A stretch of DNA of 64,000 bases from positions 15,934,001 through 15,998,000 of the forward strand of contig OZ365115.1 of the NCBI GenBank assembly GCA_977030845.1. Direction: 5' to 3'. The position numbers and the translations under genes are program-made. The notes beneath the pieces are model-generated. The model was not told the origin of the DNA. It made no database searches and worked only from the letters and a program-made list of their open reading frames with translations. The stretch's first letter is position 1; every line of letters begins with the position of its first letter. The DNA comes from Fimbriosthenelais zetlandica. Lineage: Eukaryota. Shown here piece by piece: positions 11,201 through 23,839 of this stretch.

Positions 11201-14075
11201 TCAATAACACTCTATGTTATCCTCCATATCAATAAAGAAATTATTTTCTTCTTTTTTTACCCAGAAGGTGGGTCAGTTGTCAACACGAAATATAAAGTAG
11301 GTCTTAAAAAAAATAGTTTTCCCCTTCCTTAACTTGCCTTAACTCCCAAGGGGGTCGCCACAGAGCAGCTCCTGCTCTTTCCCATCTTCAATTATAGATG
11401 GGAATATATACATTCTCAAGTCAAAAACAAGGACATGAAAATACCAGATTAAGGGAATTTCTTTTCTGGTCACGCTAAATATTGGGAAAATTATGAATTT
11501 TTTTTATATAAATTTATGAAACAAGGTCAAAACCCATCAGCCAAGGAAGCTCAATGCATGACAAGCTGATGAGCCCCCGCCCATTACTAGTCTACATAAA
11601 TGCCGCCAATGGTGAAGTTTCGGTATGTGTAGGTCTATATAAATGTGTATATTATATGATCACGACTCTCCATCCTTGGCCCAGTATCTTAATTCGTGAC
11701 TGCTTTACCGTACCATTCCAAACTGGTTGGGCCGTCGAAAAAATTAATGTGTACTTTCTATGATCCGTGTATAGTGTGAAACAAGAAAAAGTATGAATAA
11801 GACGGACTTTAATTCACTGGAAACAACAATTTTATTAACATGATATCATAAAAGTAAACATATAATTCATTCTCATTTCTGTGTTATACACTCTTGGATT
11901 AGGATTGCATGAATATGTACAATAAAATGCATAATAATTATAATGTACATCTTTCTGCACTCAATGTGTTAAATAGCAACTTTGTAGATAGAGAACCGGC
12001 TCTGTATACGTTGCTTCTCAGATGAACCTCTATTATTATAGACAAACAATAATAAAACAAAAATACCGTATGTATATACAATGAACATGCATGATTGAAG
12101 ATGAGAACCAAAAATGACAGAAAAAATATAACATCCCTCACTTTAGCTATTTTGTTTGAAGAATGATACCTTATTAATGAAAGAAATACATAAACATACT
12201 TAATACATTGTAATAATAATTCTAACCTGTCCAATGCGTGCCATGCTTTGTAAGTATTTGGCCTAGAATTAAGGGCATCTTACATTACAATATCTATACA
12301 ATTTCTTAGCATGTATTAAGGGATTCTTTCGGAGAAAAAGATAGGCATACTGGAAAGTTATGAAATTTCTAAAGCATCTCATCAGGAATAATATTATTCA
12401 TTATTCAGATACCTTAATTATATTGAACCGGGATTGTTACATAATTCTGTTTGTAAGCAGTACATTAAGCAATTCTTGGCAAAGAGTCCTGTTGCTTCTT
12501 TTGCAATCCATCGCGCCCAACGCCCGCGTTTGGGCTTTACAAGTATTATTCGCCATTTTTAACTAGGCTATAAGATAAAACCTTGGTAGACTCATCCCAT
12601 ATTAGACTTGTTAAAACATACATCTAGAAGCGTTTTCTTTCGTCTTAATTTGCGACACTCCTGCCCCCAACAACAACCCCCGACCCACCCACCCAATGAT
12701 TTGCTGCCACTGAATAAAAAAGAAAAGAAAAATGAAAGAGGTATGTATCAATAGTGCGATTTTGCTTGCGACACAAATTCTTGTATCGAAAATAGAATTC
12801 ATAGATTGTGGTCGGAGTGTCCCAGACCTTAAGGCCGTCCTCCACTGGTACACTTTAAACTGGGATTGGGACACAAACATCGCCTTTGTCACAGTAGTAT
12901 CGCAAGCAATGTAGTCCTCGCTTCTTATGTATGGTTCTGCAATTCCACGTGTGAAACACATCACTCGTGAGTTTTATAGCATATTTCAGGAGTTTTCTCA
13001 CACAAGTGTTCAAAATATCTGGTAGGCCTATACATACATGTATATGTACATTATATTTCAAAGGTGAGGTATGGAATTCCATACATAATTGCATGGTCGG
13101 ATAATTTTCTGTTTTGTGTGATTAATATCCTGTCAAATTCAATGACAAAAAAATCCCATCTCAGGTTTTTCTGTCAAAGTTCATAGAAATCCAAATTCTC
13201 AACCACATGTGTGATTGTTTTGAAGGTTCAATTTGAAAATTCAATTTCTGATGGGGAATGGCCTACAATAATATCACGATGAATATATCATTGTCAGATT
13301 GAATGATGAGATAGACTTTCTGTTAGTAAGATGAAATGTACATAAAAACTGCAAATGTACATACAATGTATAATGATGAAATACATGGGTCGGTATCATA
13401 AAAAATAATTGCAACTGTGCTAAGTCTAATGGACTCCTTGATGCACACATTTTGTATGGGACTGTCCCCAAATCAAGTGAAAGATTTCAAACGTTCAAGG
13501 TGATTGTAAGTTTTTTTCCATGGATAGCAACAGACTGTGAAATCTTAGAAACCCTCTCCAAATGGGCACACACTCAAGAAAACCTTGTGGTAGTTGCATC
13601 TGGACCAATACTGTACACTGTTAAGAATGATGGTAAATTACCGTGGAACAATACTTTGTCTTACAATTCCCAATGCATCAAACATTCAAGGGGGGCTATA
13701 AAGCACCCTCAAGAAAGAAATACATGGTAGAAAATCCACTGCATCTAACAAGTGATGCATAACAATTATAGTAGGAATCAATGCAGCACACCATAGACTG
13801 CATGGTCCCTTATAGTAATATGGCAAAATCGTGGAGAAAAAGTGATATTTTTTTGTAAAAGACAGAGCACACTTTCTTGATTTTGTAGGCACATTCAACA
13901 CCGGTGAGTGAATGAATCACATCAATCCTGGGAACTAATTAATAGGACGGCAATCTTATGCGAGTCAGACTCAACAACATAAGGTTTGTTTTCTATGTCA
14001 AAAATCCTCTGTATTGTCAAAAGATTCTGTATTTAAAATGAATTGATCGTCCTTTGATCTACATAAGTTTTTTTT

Positions 14076-14196
14076 TCAAGGTACGAGGTCTGTTGGTTGC
14101 CATCCGAACGCTCGCTCGCCGAAAGCAAAGCAAAGCTTTTTGGGATAGTTTCCGGATTTTGGGACATTGGCAAAGTATCCCTTGTCGCGGCAGAAT
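14076..14196 (-). CDS. ETS-A exon 8, divergent ETS wing and stop
   Basis: Acceptor gtcttttcag, phase 2 completes the Arg; FCRDKGYFANVPKSGNYPKKLCFAFGERAFGWQPTDLVP*; the F-G-x-x-A-x-G-W ending is shared with ETS-B and ESE-type domains. Confidence 0.85.
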
Positions 14197-17100
14197 CTGA
14201 AAAGACAGAAGATAGATAGCAAGGTAAATATAATGATTCGATTGATATAACTTTCATCTATGGATGATATGGTTAGCGTTTTTACAATGATGTATAAATA
14301 GAGGGATAGATTGATTGGTAAAGAATATAAAATATAATGTTAACAAGGTAACAAGTACTGGGACTATTAGAAATACCAGTAGATATAATTGCAAAGGAAA
14401 ACACACCAACAGTCTGGACAGTCAGTGGAGCCTGACTTTTGAAAAAAAAATCCAGGTAAACTACGTTGCTTGGAGTACGCCATGGACCATGCAATAACAG
14501 TAAGGCTAGGTCAGTCGATCAGCTCTGATTAGCACATATATATTAGAATATGGAAAATATATGCAAAAACATCAGGCCACGTATGAAAAAGTTCTGGTAT
14601 TAAATTCCACTTCGGTAAAATGCACTTCGATATAATCTTCTGACCTGGGATACATTTAAAGATTGGAGACAGTACAGTTTAAATATAGGAGACAGTAAAA
14701 AATCACAAAAAGAAAGAAAAAAACCCACCACATCCAACCCCCAGCGTCCTATCCCCCACGCCACCATCTCCCCATCCTCCTCCCCTAGTATCGTGACCAG
14801 ACCGTGCGATGATCACCCCATCGTCTCACGCAGATTCACACCAAAAGTTAATGGTTCAGAATCTTTGCTTTCTTAAAGGAATTCCCTCTGCCATTATGTA
14901 ATTACGTATTTATCTTGCGAGGTAATTTACGGAGGCGGTTTCACAACCAAAAGTTACACAATTTGAGACTAGATTTCTGACATGAGCCCCATGAACCTGC
15001 AGTTTTCTAAAAACAAGCAAAGTCAGACAAAGGAGGAAGAAAATTGGTCAGATTGGATTGTCAGATTCAACAGATTGTATCTTTTTGTGGTCAACCTTTA
15101 TATATTTTAGTTACAAAATTCCAGAAAAAAATCCCTTGCTTTGTAATGCATCTCAACCCAACCCACTGTAAGTCATTATAACCGACCCATATATGTAGGG
15201 CTATCAAATTCTGAAGATTATTTCGATTGAAAGAAACGTTTGCAGGATATATATGGGGCAAACAGTTTATGACGGAACAGAATTCTTAAAACCAAACCCA
15301 TGGGATTTTTTATGACTCGAATGATGTCTCCGAGGCAAATGTGATCAATTATTATGAGATGTCACTGCACACTGAATGCATAATATTATGCATTAATTAC
15401 ATATAATAGGCCTACATGCAATGCATACAATGCCCAGCTTCTTGTGAAAGCAGCAACTTTATGCATATGACCTTTACACGTGTAGAAATTTGTTTAGCTC
15501 TCCATGTATATTATATGTACATCGTCATGTACTTGGAAAAAAACATCCATAATTCGCAGAAAAGGCAATGACTGAACACCATTCACCAAGGGGAAATAGA
15601 CATTAATATCTCTGAGCGTCTCGCAATTTTATGCTGCTTTTTATTTGCACGTAGCGCAAGTCAGAGTTGACCCGGGTTAAAAATCGATTATAGCTGACCA
15701 ATAAAATAAGTCATGATTATTAATAATGGACTATTATAGTGGCTCTTCTCTATAGTACTTGACCTACACTTCTCGCCCAAAGCTGGGGTTCCCAGCAGTT
15801 CATGAAAACAGAATTCCCTGAGTTTTCCCTTTTTTCACTCGAGTTATATTAATGTTTATTGCCACAATTCCTCATTTGAGATATCTGCATGTTTCTGTAT
15901 AATAGTGGTGAACAACAAAAAGGATCTGAATAAATTTCCCAGGTTTTCCCAGAACAGAGGAGAAAAAATACTATATAAAAATCAAACTATTAAATATTTA
16001 GAAAAATGAATGAATGAATGAATGAGTGAATGAATGAATGAATGAATGAAAAGCTACTTTAGATTAGGAGACTCACCTCATTGCCCGGCTAAGTTTCTCA
16101 TAGTTCATTGAGTTATTTTTCTTCTTTTCGCCCCACATGCGGGCCACCTCCCCACTCTGCACCACGCGGAATACCCCAAGTTTCGGATCCTTCCACTCGA
16201 CCACAGACGGGTTGTAACGGTTATCCTTGAGCAGATCACGCATGAACTCCCATAAGTGGTTACCCCTTGTCGCTGGAAAATAGAGAAATAATACAAAATG
16301 AAAAAAAATGGAGAAAATCTATTGAGATGAGAACAGAGTTTGTATCTCATGACATCTTTTCAAATTAAGAAATAATTTAAGATTGTCCCAAATTCCAGGA
16401 CTGTTTTCCTGAGTCACTGCGCTCAATATTAATTTATTATGCAATGACAACACCTGCGTCATTCTGCCAACGCAGTCAATTATGGAAAAGAACCATATAA
16501 CCCGCGCTTCGGTAAATCGATATGTTTATGACAAATTGGAAGGGGGCTGTCTAAAAAAATCCGATTCCCAAACACTGAGAATGACCATCTTTAAATTGAT
16601 GAGGACCCCTTTTCCACTTGTAAAATTGAAGAAGTTATATATATACATGTAGTTCAATTGTAAAAATCATTCCTTATCTATTATTTGCATCCATCTTATA
16701 CACAGGTAAATAGAAAACAAAACTTGAGGACATACTTTGGCCAGGCTTCCTGCCTCTCTTTCCCGGTACTTTTTTCGGTTTTTCTGGCGCCAGAGGCTCC
16801 TCATCTTGATCGTCTATGTGCATAGCTGTTTCCTGTAAATGCGATGCCGGAGATTCCCTGCGGAAACTGTCCAGATTGGGCACCATCCTGGCGTGGGAAT
16901 TTTCTGAATCTGCAATGATATGGAATTATATTTATTATTTTAGGGTATACTTGTATAATCATTCTGAATATATAACTGTTATCCAAGTATGTTAGATATG
17001 GGAAATGCAGATCTTCAAGGAATGAGTTCTTGTGCACTGAGATTGTCAAAGAATGGTCCTGTGCACTGAGATTGTCAAAGAATGGTCATGTGCACTGAGA

Positions 17101-20100
17101 TTGTCAATGAATGGTCCTGTGCACTGAGATTGTCAAAGAATGAGGTCCTGTGAACTGAGGTTGTCAGAGAATGAGGTCAACTGATACTGTATTATAACGG
17201 AACAATATTATTGTCATAATGTCAATGAAAGAAATCTTGGGAATTGAGATCTGTGAACTTAAAAGATTTCTATGGGCCTGCATCAATAATATGTGGGCCT
17301 ACATCAATATGTAGGTCACTGTATGATTAGAGTAAAGGACATAAGACCCTACGCGTAGGCCTACAAGAAAAAATGGTTCTGGACAAGCTGTATGATAAAT
17401 CCTTATGAAAGTTAAGATCTCCCATTTTCTCATTTAAGGAACTTTCCATTTGACAAACATATGACCCTCTATGATATGTTTTCAATGTCTAAGAAAGTAC
17501 TACAGAAATAGTGGAACAGTTTTGTACAGTATGGGAAGGCGCCTCGGACTTGAAGTACGTTCTAAGAAAACCCAATCGATCAAAAATCAATACCTGAAGG
17601 TATACAGGGAGTACATGTTTCCTGATTAGACAGATCATTCTCCACCACAGATCGCTACCAATACCGACTTACACAATAGTTGAAATAAAGATCACGCTAT
17701 GGTCTGTTTAAGGCCTAAATTGGCTAGAGGAATTGAAACCACGCAATTCCTTGACTTTGTATGCTTGGCAAGGTGTTATCCAAACTATCCACCTCGAATG
17801 ACCATCTCAAACCAGATATATTCCGAGGAAAAATTAAAAAAAAAATCCCACCAAAAATCCACCAGAAACTCAAAATTGTATTTTCATATGAGCCGAATGT
17901 ATTCAGGTGTACTAAAAAATTAGGCTGAAAATGCAATATTTGCTTTTAGTTGGCAAAGACATGGATCTTGCAAGTATTATAGATCTATAGATGCTTGGCC
18001 CTGAAACCTTTTCATGGCTATTCAATGGCTAAGGCGTTTCAATTATTCATAGGTCAAGTTAATGTTAGTGTGATTAATTGTTAAGTATACTGCTAAGGCA
18101 TACATAATGAGAATTGAAATGCTTAGACCTGCCGGAGCCTACTAGTATATATATACTTGGTATTTTTACTCAGGGAGCACCTTGGCTAAATAAGAAAAGA
18201 AGGTACCCGGTATAGCAAAAAATTAATTGATGGTTCCTAACGAAAACTAAAAATTGAAGAAAGGAAAGGAGCAATCAAGGAAAGAGGGATAGAAGGAAAG
18301 AAAGGAAAGGAAGGAAGGGAAACAGTAGGAAATATGGGAATAAATGAATGAATGAGTGAATGAATGAATGAATGCTATGCTCTGCTAAGGCTATATTCAT
18401 GGCGAGAACGAAGTAAATCGAACTATTAAGATAGGAATAATGAGTGTAAGGAAATATGGCGTTATGGAAAGAAAATCTATATTATATTATGTAGATTTTG
18501 ATTTAAAATAACATAAAACCTGTAGCACTGATACCCCTCTATTCTGCCCAACTAGACCTATACCATGCATACTAACCCAAGCTCTGTGTACTTTTTCACC
18601 CTTCCAGGAAACTCTATCAGTAAATTTACTGTAATCAAGAGTACCCTAGAGTTTATCTATGGTTACATAAACAAATTATATCCTTAGTGTGGTAGCTAGT
18701 TTCGAACCACCTCCCCGGCAGTTTACATTGGCGCATTTTGTAGAATTTGTCTTCCAAAGTACTGAACCATTTTTTTATTCCCATACATGACAGCTACTCT
18801 ATACAGAAATTGATAGAAATGCTATGTGTATTTGTATACAAACATAATCAGATAACAACGTTTGTTAATGTTAATAAGTGGCAAAGAAGGAGGGACGCAT
18901 GGAAGGAATGAAGGAAGGAAGGGAGGAAAGAGGGAAGGATGGAAGGTAGGAAATAAGGAGGGAGGGAAGGGTCTGAAGTCTGAAGGGAAATGGTGGGGAA
19001 GGATGGAAAGAATGAAGGAAGAAGGCAGGGATGGATGAAAAGAATGAGAGAAGAAGGCAGGGATGGATGGAAAGAATGAAAGAAGAAGGCAGGAAGACAG
19101 GAAAATGATTAGAAACGTGGCAAAAAGAAGCGAGAAGCAAAAAGAAGCGAGCTAAGAATGAAGCATGTACTTAGTCAGGACTAGGGAGCTATGGGTCGTG
19201 TGTGGTATTATAGGAGAGTGGGACTTTCCCAGAACTGGATTCTAAAGTACAACTCTCTGGTACATGTAAATATCGCTATCTCTCTACTCAGACCCACACC
19301 AGCTCCCAGTTTAATTAATCTCCATGTCTCCTGGTCAACATTAACCTTCTAGATATTAATAACGCCATGTACAATGTTGATTCTTTGGGAGTGGAACTAC
19401 TGTATCAAGTCTAAGTCTTAAGGGTTTCTATGACATCCCAATGACTGGTTTATACAACGAGTATGTTTATACAATGGACTTATGAGTGCATGTTCGACTA
19501 GCCCTCTTCCTCAAGACAGATTTTTTCCCCTAGCACCAGTGAAATTCTAGCACTCACTTCCCTCCCAAAATCTTGATTTTCCCATGAGGGGGGCATAGTT
19601 CTTGAAATTGGGTAGTATTTCTTTTTATTACAAAAATGTTTCAGCACAAAATCAAATGACATCAAAACTTGAACAAGTGTAGGTGAAAATGGTAGACAAA
19701 TCCCTATATTGACTATAGTAATAGAACCTAAATGTAGGCCTACTAATTTGTGTTTCGGGAGGAAGCCATAAAGTTTACCCTTTACTTGAGTGCTAGAGAA
19801 TTATTCAATGGAAGTTTCCAACTGAATAATATAATTATGTACTTCAAAAGTCACTATTCAAGCCCTGGCTATGGGTGTTAATATGCAAGGTCCTTTTCCA
19901 TCAAAAATGGCAGGTGTATAAAGTCAGATCTATAGTCAGTGCTAAATATAGCACAGAAGACATTAAATTTCCCCCAGCTTAAATCCACACCTTACCATAG
20001 CATGCATGGGATGATCGGTCCACATGATAGGCCATGTGGAACAAAAAACCTCTCATTGCATTGATGCTGCTACATAGGCTACAGCAGGACAGCAACCAAG

Positions 20101-23100
20101 CAGATCGTCTAAACTAGGGCTCATGTTAGCCCTTATACCTGGGGTTTTTTTACTGATAAACTTTTCCTTGTTTTTATACACGCCTTTACTATCCTGCTGT
20201 TCACTTGACAAGCTTGATAATGAATTGGCTTTCCAGTTGCACTGAAGGAATTTCAAAATGGCAATTTTAAAGGGTCTCAAAAGTGAAATAATTTTAATAT
20301 CCAGATTGATTCATCTGGGCATTGGCTAACCATTGAAAAGTGTCTACATAGTAGATAAGGGACCTGTTTCATACAGAATCGCACGATATTGGTGCAGGAA
20401 ATAGTTGAATTTCCATTCTATAAAATTTAGCCATATTTCATTATTCATGCTTGGTAAGGGGATTAATCTTTAGAATTCTATTGTGGTACTCCTTTTCAAT
20501 CGGCGTTATGAAACACCCCAGGATTAAAGTATTTCAATGTGACAAGATTTGAAAAATATATTTTAGAAATGGCATATAAATTCTCTTATATCTCACCTCC
20601 CGATATATAACCAAGGTCATCAGGCTCAGCCTCCGTTCTGGGATAACGGTGATGGTGTCGATGGTGGTTTGCTCCAACCAAAGCTAACGGTTGGCTTTGT
20701 GGACGTTGGAGGTGGTGGAGGTGATGATGGTGGGAGGAGGGGGAGGAGGAGGTGGACCCGAGGTGGGCATGGCTGGCATTGTGGTTAATACTGCTGTTTC
20801 CTGGGTTGCTGATGTCGTGGAAATTGTCATTGCGGTTAAGTTCATACTCGTGATGACCAAGGACAGCCACTATGTCCCCAACTGTACCCACTGCTGCCTC
20901 TGGACTGCAATCCATCAAGCCAGGGAATTCCGTCACTGGTGTCAGATAAAAAAATGTGGAATAGTTATTCAATATGGTGGTGAGCTTTGTTGCAGGATGC
21001 TTTATTTAAGGAATGTGGGAATGGTTATGGATTTCCAAACTGCATTGAGGGCAGTAAAGGGACTGACCTCTGAGGCCTTGAGGGCAGTAAGGGGGTTGAA
21101 CTCTGAGGCCTTGAGTGCAGTAAGGGGAATGAACTTGAGGCCTTGAGGGCAGTAAAGGGATTGACCTTTGAGGCCTTGAGTGCAGTAAGGGGAATGAACT
21201 TGAGGCCTTGAGGGCAGTAAAGGGATTGACCTTTGCGGCCTTGAGGGCAGTAAGGGGATTGAACTTGAGGCCTTCAGGGCAGCAAGGGGATTGAACTTGA
21301 GGCCTTGAGGACAGTAAGGGGATTGAACTTGAGGCCTTGAGGGCAGTAAAGGGATTGAACTTGAGGCCTTCATGACAGTAAGGGGATTGAACTTGAGGCC
21401 TTCATGACAGTAAGGGGATTGAACTTGAGGCATTCATGACAGTAAGGGGATTGAACTCTGAGGCCTCCAGAGCGGCAATGGGATTGAACTCCCTTATTAC
21501 TATCCTATCATTACACTAGCTGGATATAATAATGAAATAAATATTATACAAACCCATAATAAAGCCCTCCCCCTGTGTTACAAAAAAATACACTCACCGT
21601 CTTCCAGCATTGGAGCCTCCCTCGGAATGTGCATTTGGAAATGCTCGGACGTTTGACTAAGCAATGGGCTAACAGCATGAAGGGGTTCAGGTGGGGATTC
21701 AGGTCCATGGAAATTGCCTCTCGTTCTCAGTTGATTAAACTGTCGGTAGAATATTTGGTAATGGACTTTACTGAGGACTTTAAAGTCATCTTCCTTCATG
21801 AGGCAGAGTTGGGATCCATTGAATTCATTGAAAGCCTCTCCTCGGACCTCTCCAGAAATACTGTAGTCATCCGCCACCGAGTATACCCAACGTACCACAT
21901 CTTGGCTGGTCCAATTTTTCACGTGTATTCTGTCCCATCCAGGCTTTTCATCTGCCAAATGACAAGTACAAACCAGGGTTGGAAGTTTCATCTTATTCAT
22001 GTGAACCTTGTGATTATATATATGTACACAATTCAAAGATATTATAAACCGGATGATATATACAGTCACTGTCCTTCACTTCAGAGAGGTATATTATATA
22101 TATATAGTTCCTCCTGGTTACCCAAGACAGAAATGTACACATAAATGTACACTATCCTCAAATCTATCCACTTAAGGTTTATATCTGTCCGAACCCATTT
22201 ATATCCGAATGATCAGTGGTATAATATTATGTCCTCTTTGAAGGAGTTTTTGCCGTAATTGACTAAATTCAGTGTTCTACACACGGATAGGATGTATGGA
22301 TACGGTGGGTGGGAGTGGGTCGCAGGAAGGAGAGAGAGAGAAAGACAGGGGCGTGTGTTATATATCTATGTGTATGGTATTCCATTCTACATGTACACAA
22401 GTGTGTGACAGTCGACCAGGCTTGAAAAGTAGGTCTCCAGGCCAAAAACTATACCTTGGGCAAGGTCAGCTATAATAATAAGGGATTGTCGCCTATATCA
22501 ATTCATTATCTCTTCAGTAATGATAAGGAATATAATATTCTGAATAGGGATATATTGATTTATTATAGATAGAGACATTATAAAGTCGGCCAGAAAGAAT
22601 CCGACAAAAACTAATATTTTTGCACTGGAAGTCTTATGGGAAAAGTCCCTCTTTTGGTTTCATCTTTTATAAATAGAATGTCCTATATAAGGTTGGATGA
22701 ATTTTCAGGTCATGTGTTGTTAATCATGATTAGGCTTAAAGTTCTGCATAAAACAGGTAGCACGATTTACAATATATATAATATATATTGAAGATGATAC
22801 TATATTTAAATAATAGTTTACTTTAAAAGATGCATAAAATTGTATGTACCCTTGTAATGAAATTTCGTGCCACTGAAGTACTTTAAATTTATATACGTAG
22901 AATGAAACATTCTATTTAAAGTAAAGGGACTGTCATGGCGGAACTAAATGCCCGAAGTTAAAAAAAGTTAGATAAATGCCTTTCTGGGAAGCACCATCCT
23001 GAATACTGTAAACCTTCAGGTATTTCTGTCTAGCTGAGAAATTAAGTTATTGCTATCAGTGGCCTGTATTGTCCAAGCTCTGTTTTCTCAAATCCATTGC

Positions 23101-23839
23101 TTGTACAATGCAATCGTTGGATGCACGGCTGTCTTGTACAATGGATAAAGTCTGACACAATAAAATGAAATAACAAAAAATAGAATTTATATAAAATATA
23201 ATCCCTACCTGAATGTCTAGAGATTAGCGAAAAATCTGCTAGATTTAGTGGAGAATGAGAACCGCTGTCAGGCGGATTTTTCAAGAATGATGCAAAATTG
23301 GGAAGTGTGGTGGAATCCAGGATTGTATATACCTGAAAGGTGAAGTAATTTTAAATAAAATTAGATGATTCAATTGCGCATAAAACAATCCGTATATAAG
23401 CTTATATTACTATATTATTAATTCGCCCTCTTGGTAGAATAAAGATACAATAAAATATTGTAATACTTTAGGACCTCAGTGCATACATCTAGGGCATGGA
23501 ACTATACCTATAATAATCATAGAATGCACTGTTATATAAAAATATATATGTATAATAATTTCTTGCCTTTTCGGTATCACAGTCAGGATTCATCTTGGTG
23601 GTGATTTCTTGCTTGATTAGGAAGGAATCATTAGGATTGTAAATGCTGTCTTGATCATCATAGATTGCAAGGTCGTAGTCTTGGTCGTATTCTTGGCTAA
23701 ACTGCTCAATAATAATAAATTTTATTTTAAATACACAAAAACTAAGCAATTGAAACATCACGGACAGTTTAAATATAGCAGATACCTGGTGGCTTACCTG
23801 GTGGAATGGACTGTCGTGACCGATCACTAATTCTGTCAT
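14076..23839 (-). CDS. ETS-A: ETS-family transcription factor, ESE/ELF3-EHF-ELF5-like, with PNT domain (8 coding exons, 494 aa)
   Basis: Hand-spliced exons (minus): 23798-23839, 23567-23701, 23209-23332, 21598-21951, 20597-20935, 16736-16909, 16077-16272, 14076-14196. Total 1485 nt with all phases consistent (0,0,1,1,1,1,2). In-frame TAA lies upstream of the ATG within the first coding exon. Contains PNT (KNWTSQDVVRW...FNGSQLCLMKEDDF), KRGRKPG, and ETS (GNHLWEFMRDLL...WGEKKKNNSMNYEKLSRAMR). Confidence 0.9.
16077..16272 (-). CDS. ETS-A exon 7, ETS domain core
   Basis: Acceptor ttttccag, donor AG|gtgagt; TRGNHLWEFMRDLLKDNRYNPSVVEWKDPKLGVFRVVQSGEVARMWGEKKKNNSMNYEKLSRAMR. Confidence 0.95.
16736..16909 (-). 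CDS. ETS-A exon 6, basic AT-hook-like/NLS segment
   Basis: Acceptor ttgcag, donor A|gtatgt; 174 nt, phase 1-1; EKPKKVPGKRGRKPGQ. Confidence 0.85.
17031..17180. repeat. ~29-bp minisatellite, about 5 copies
   Basis: tgtgcactgagattgtcaaagaatggtcc repeated in ETS-A intron 5. Confidence 0.9.
20597..20935 (-). CDS. ETS-A exon 5, His/Ser-rich linker
   Basis: Acceptor caccag, donor G|gtgaga; 339 nt, phase 1-1; SSHHHHLHH and NHHRHHHR tracts. Confidence 0.85.
21040..21492. repeat. ~32-bp minisatellite, about 14 copies
   Basis: gaggccttgagggcagtaaggggattgaactt repeated in the intron between the PNT exon and exon 5. Confidence 0.92.
21598..21951 (-). CDS. ETS-A exon 4, SAM/Pointed (PNT) domain
   Basis: Acceptor ttggcag, donor G|gtgagt; 354 nt, phase 1-1; WTSQDVVRW...AFNEFNGSQLCLMKEDDF matches the PNT pattern. 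Confidence 0.9.
23209..23332 (-). CDS. ETS-A coding exon 3 (VYTILDSTTLPNF...ISRHS)
   Basis: Acceptor cctttcag, donor CAG|gtaggg; 124 nt, phase 0-1, which bridges exon 2 to the PNT exon. Confidence 0.75.
23567..23701 (-). CDS. ETS-A coding exon 2 (acidic, FSQEYDQDYDLAIYDD...DTEK)
   Basis: Acceptor gagcag; ends at a non-canonical AAG|gcaaga donor; 135 nt, phase 0-0. Confidence 0.65.
23798..23839 (-). CDS. ETS-A coding exon 1 (MTELVIGHDSPFHQ)
   Basis: Acceptor tttcag (exon starts 23854), ATG at 23839 preceded by in-frame TAA, donor CAG|gtaagc, phase 0. Confidence 0.7.

Noticed and set aside
12611-13901. Several 60-117-aa ORFs
   Set aside because: No domain recognised; most simply part of the ETS-A 3'UTR or flank.
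20691-22144. Plus-strand ORFs 20691-21146 and 21575-22144, and minus ORF 21002-21433
   Set aside because: Antisense shadows of ETS-A exons, or translation of the 32-bp minisatellite.
22983-23036. Extra 54-nt phase 1-1 exon for ETS-A
   Set aside because: Open frame and an acceptor are present, but the donor would be a poor GC site (gcattt), and the exon is not needed for frame.
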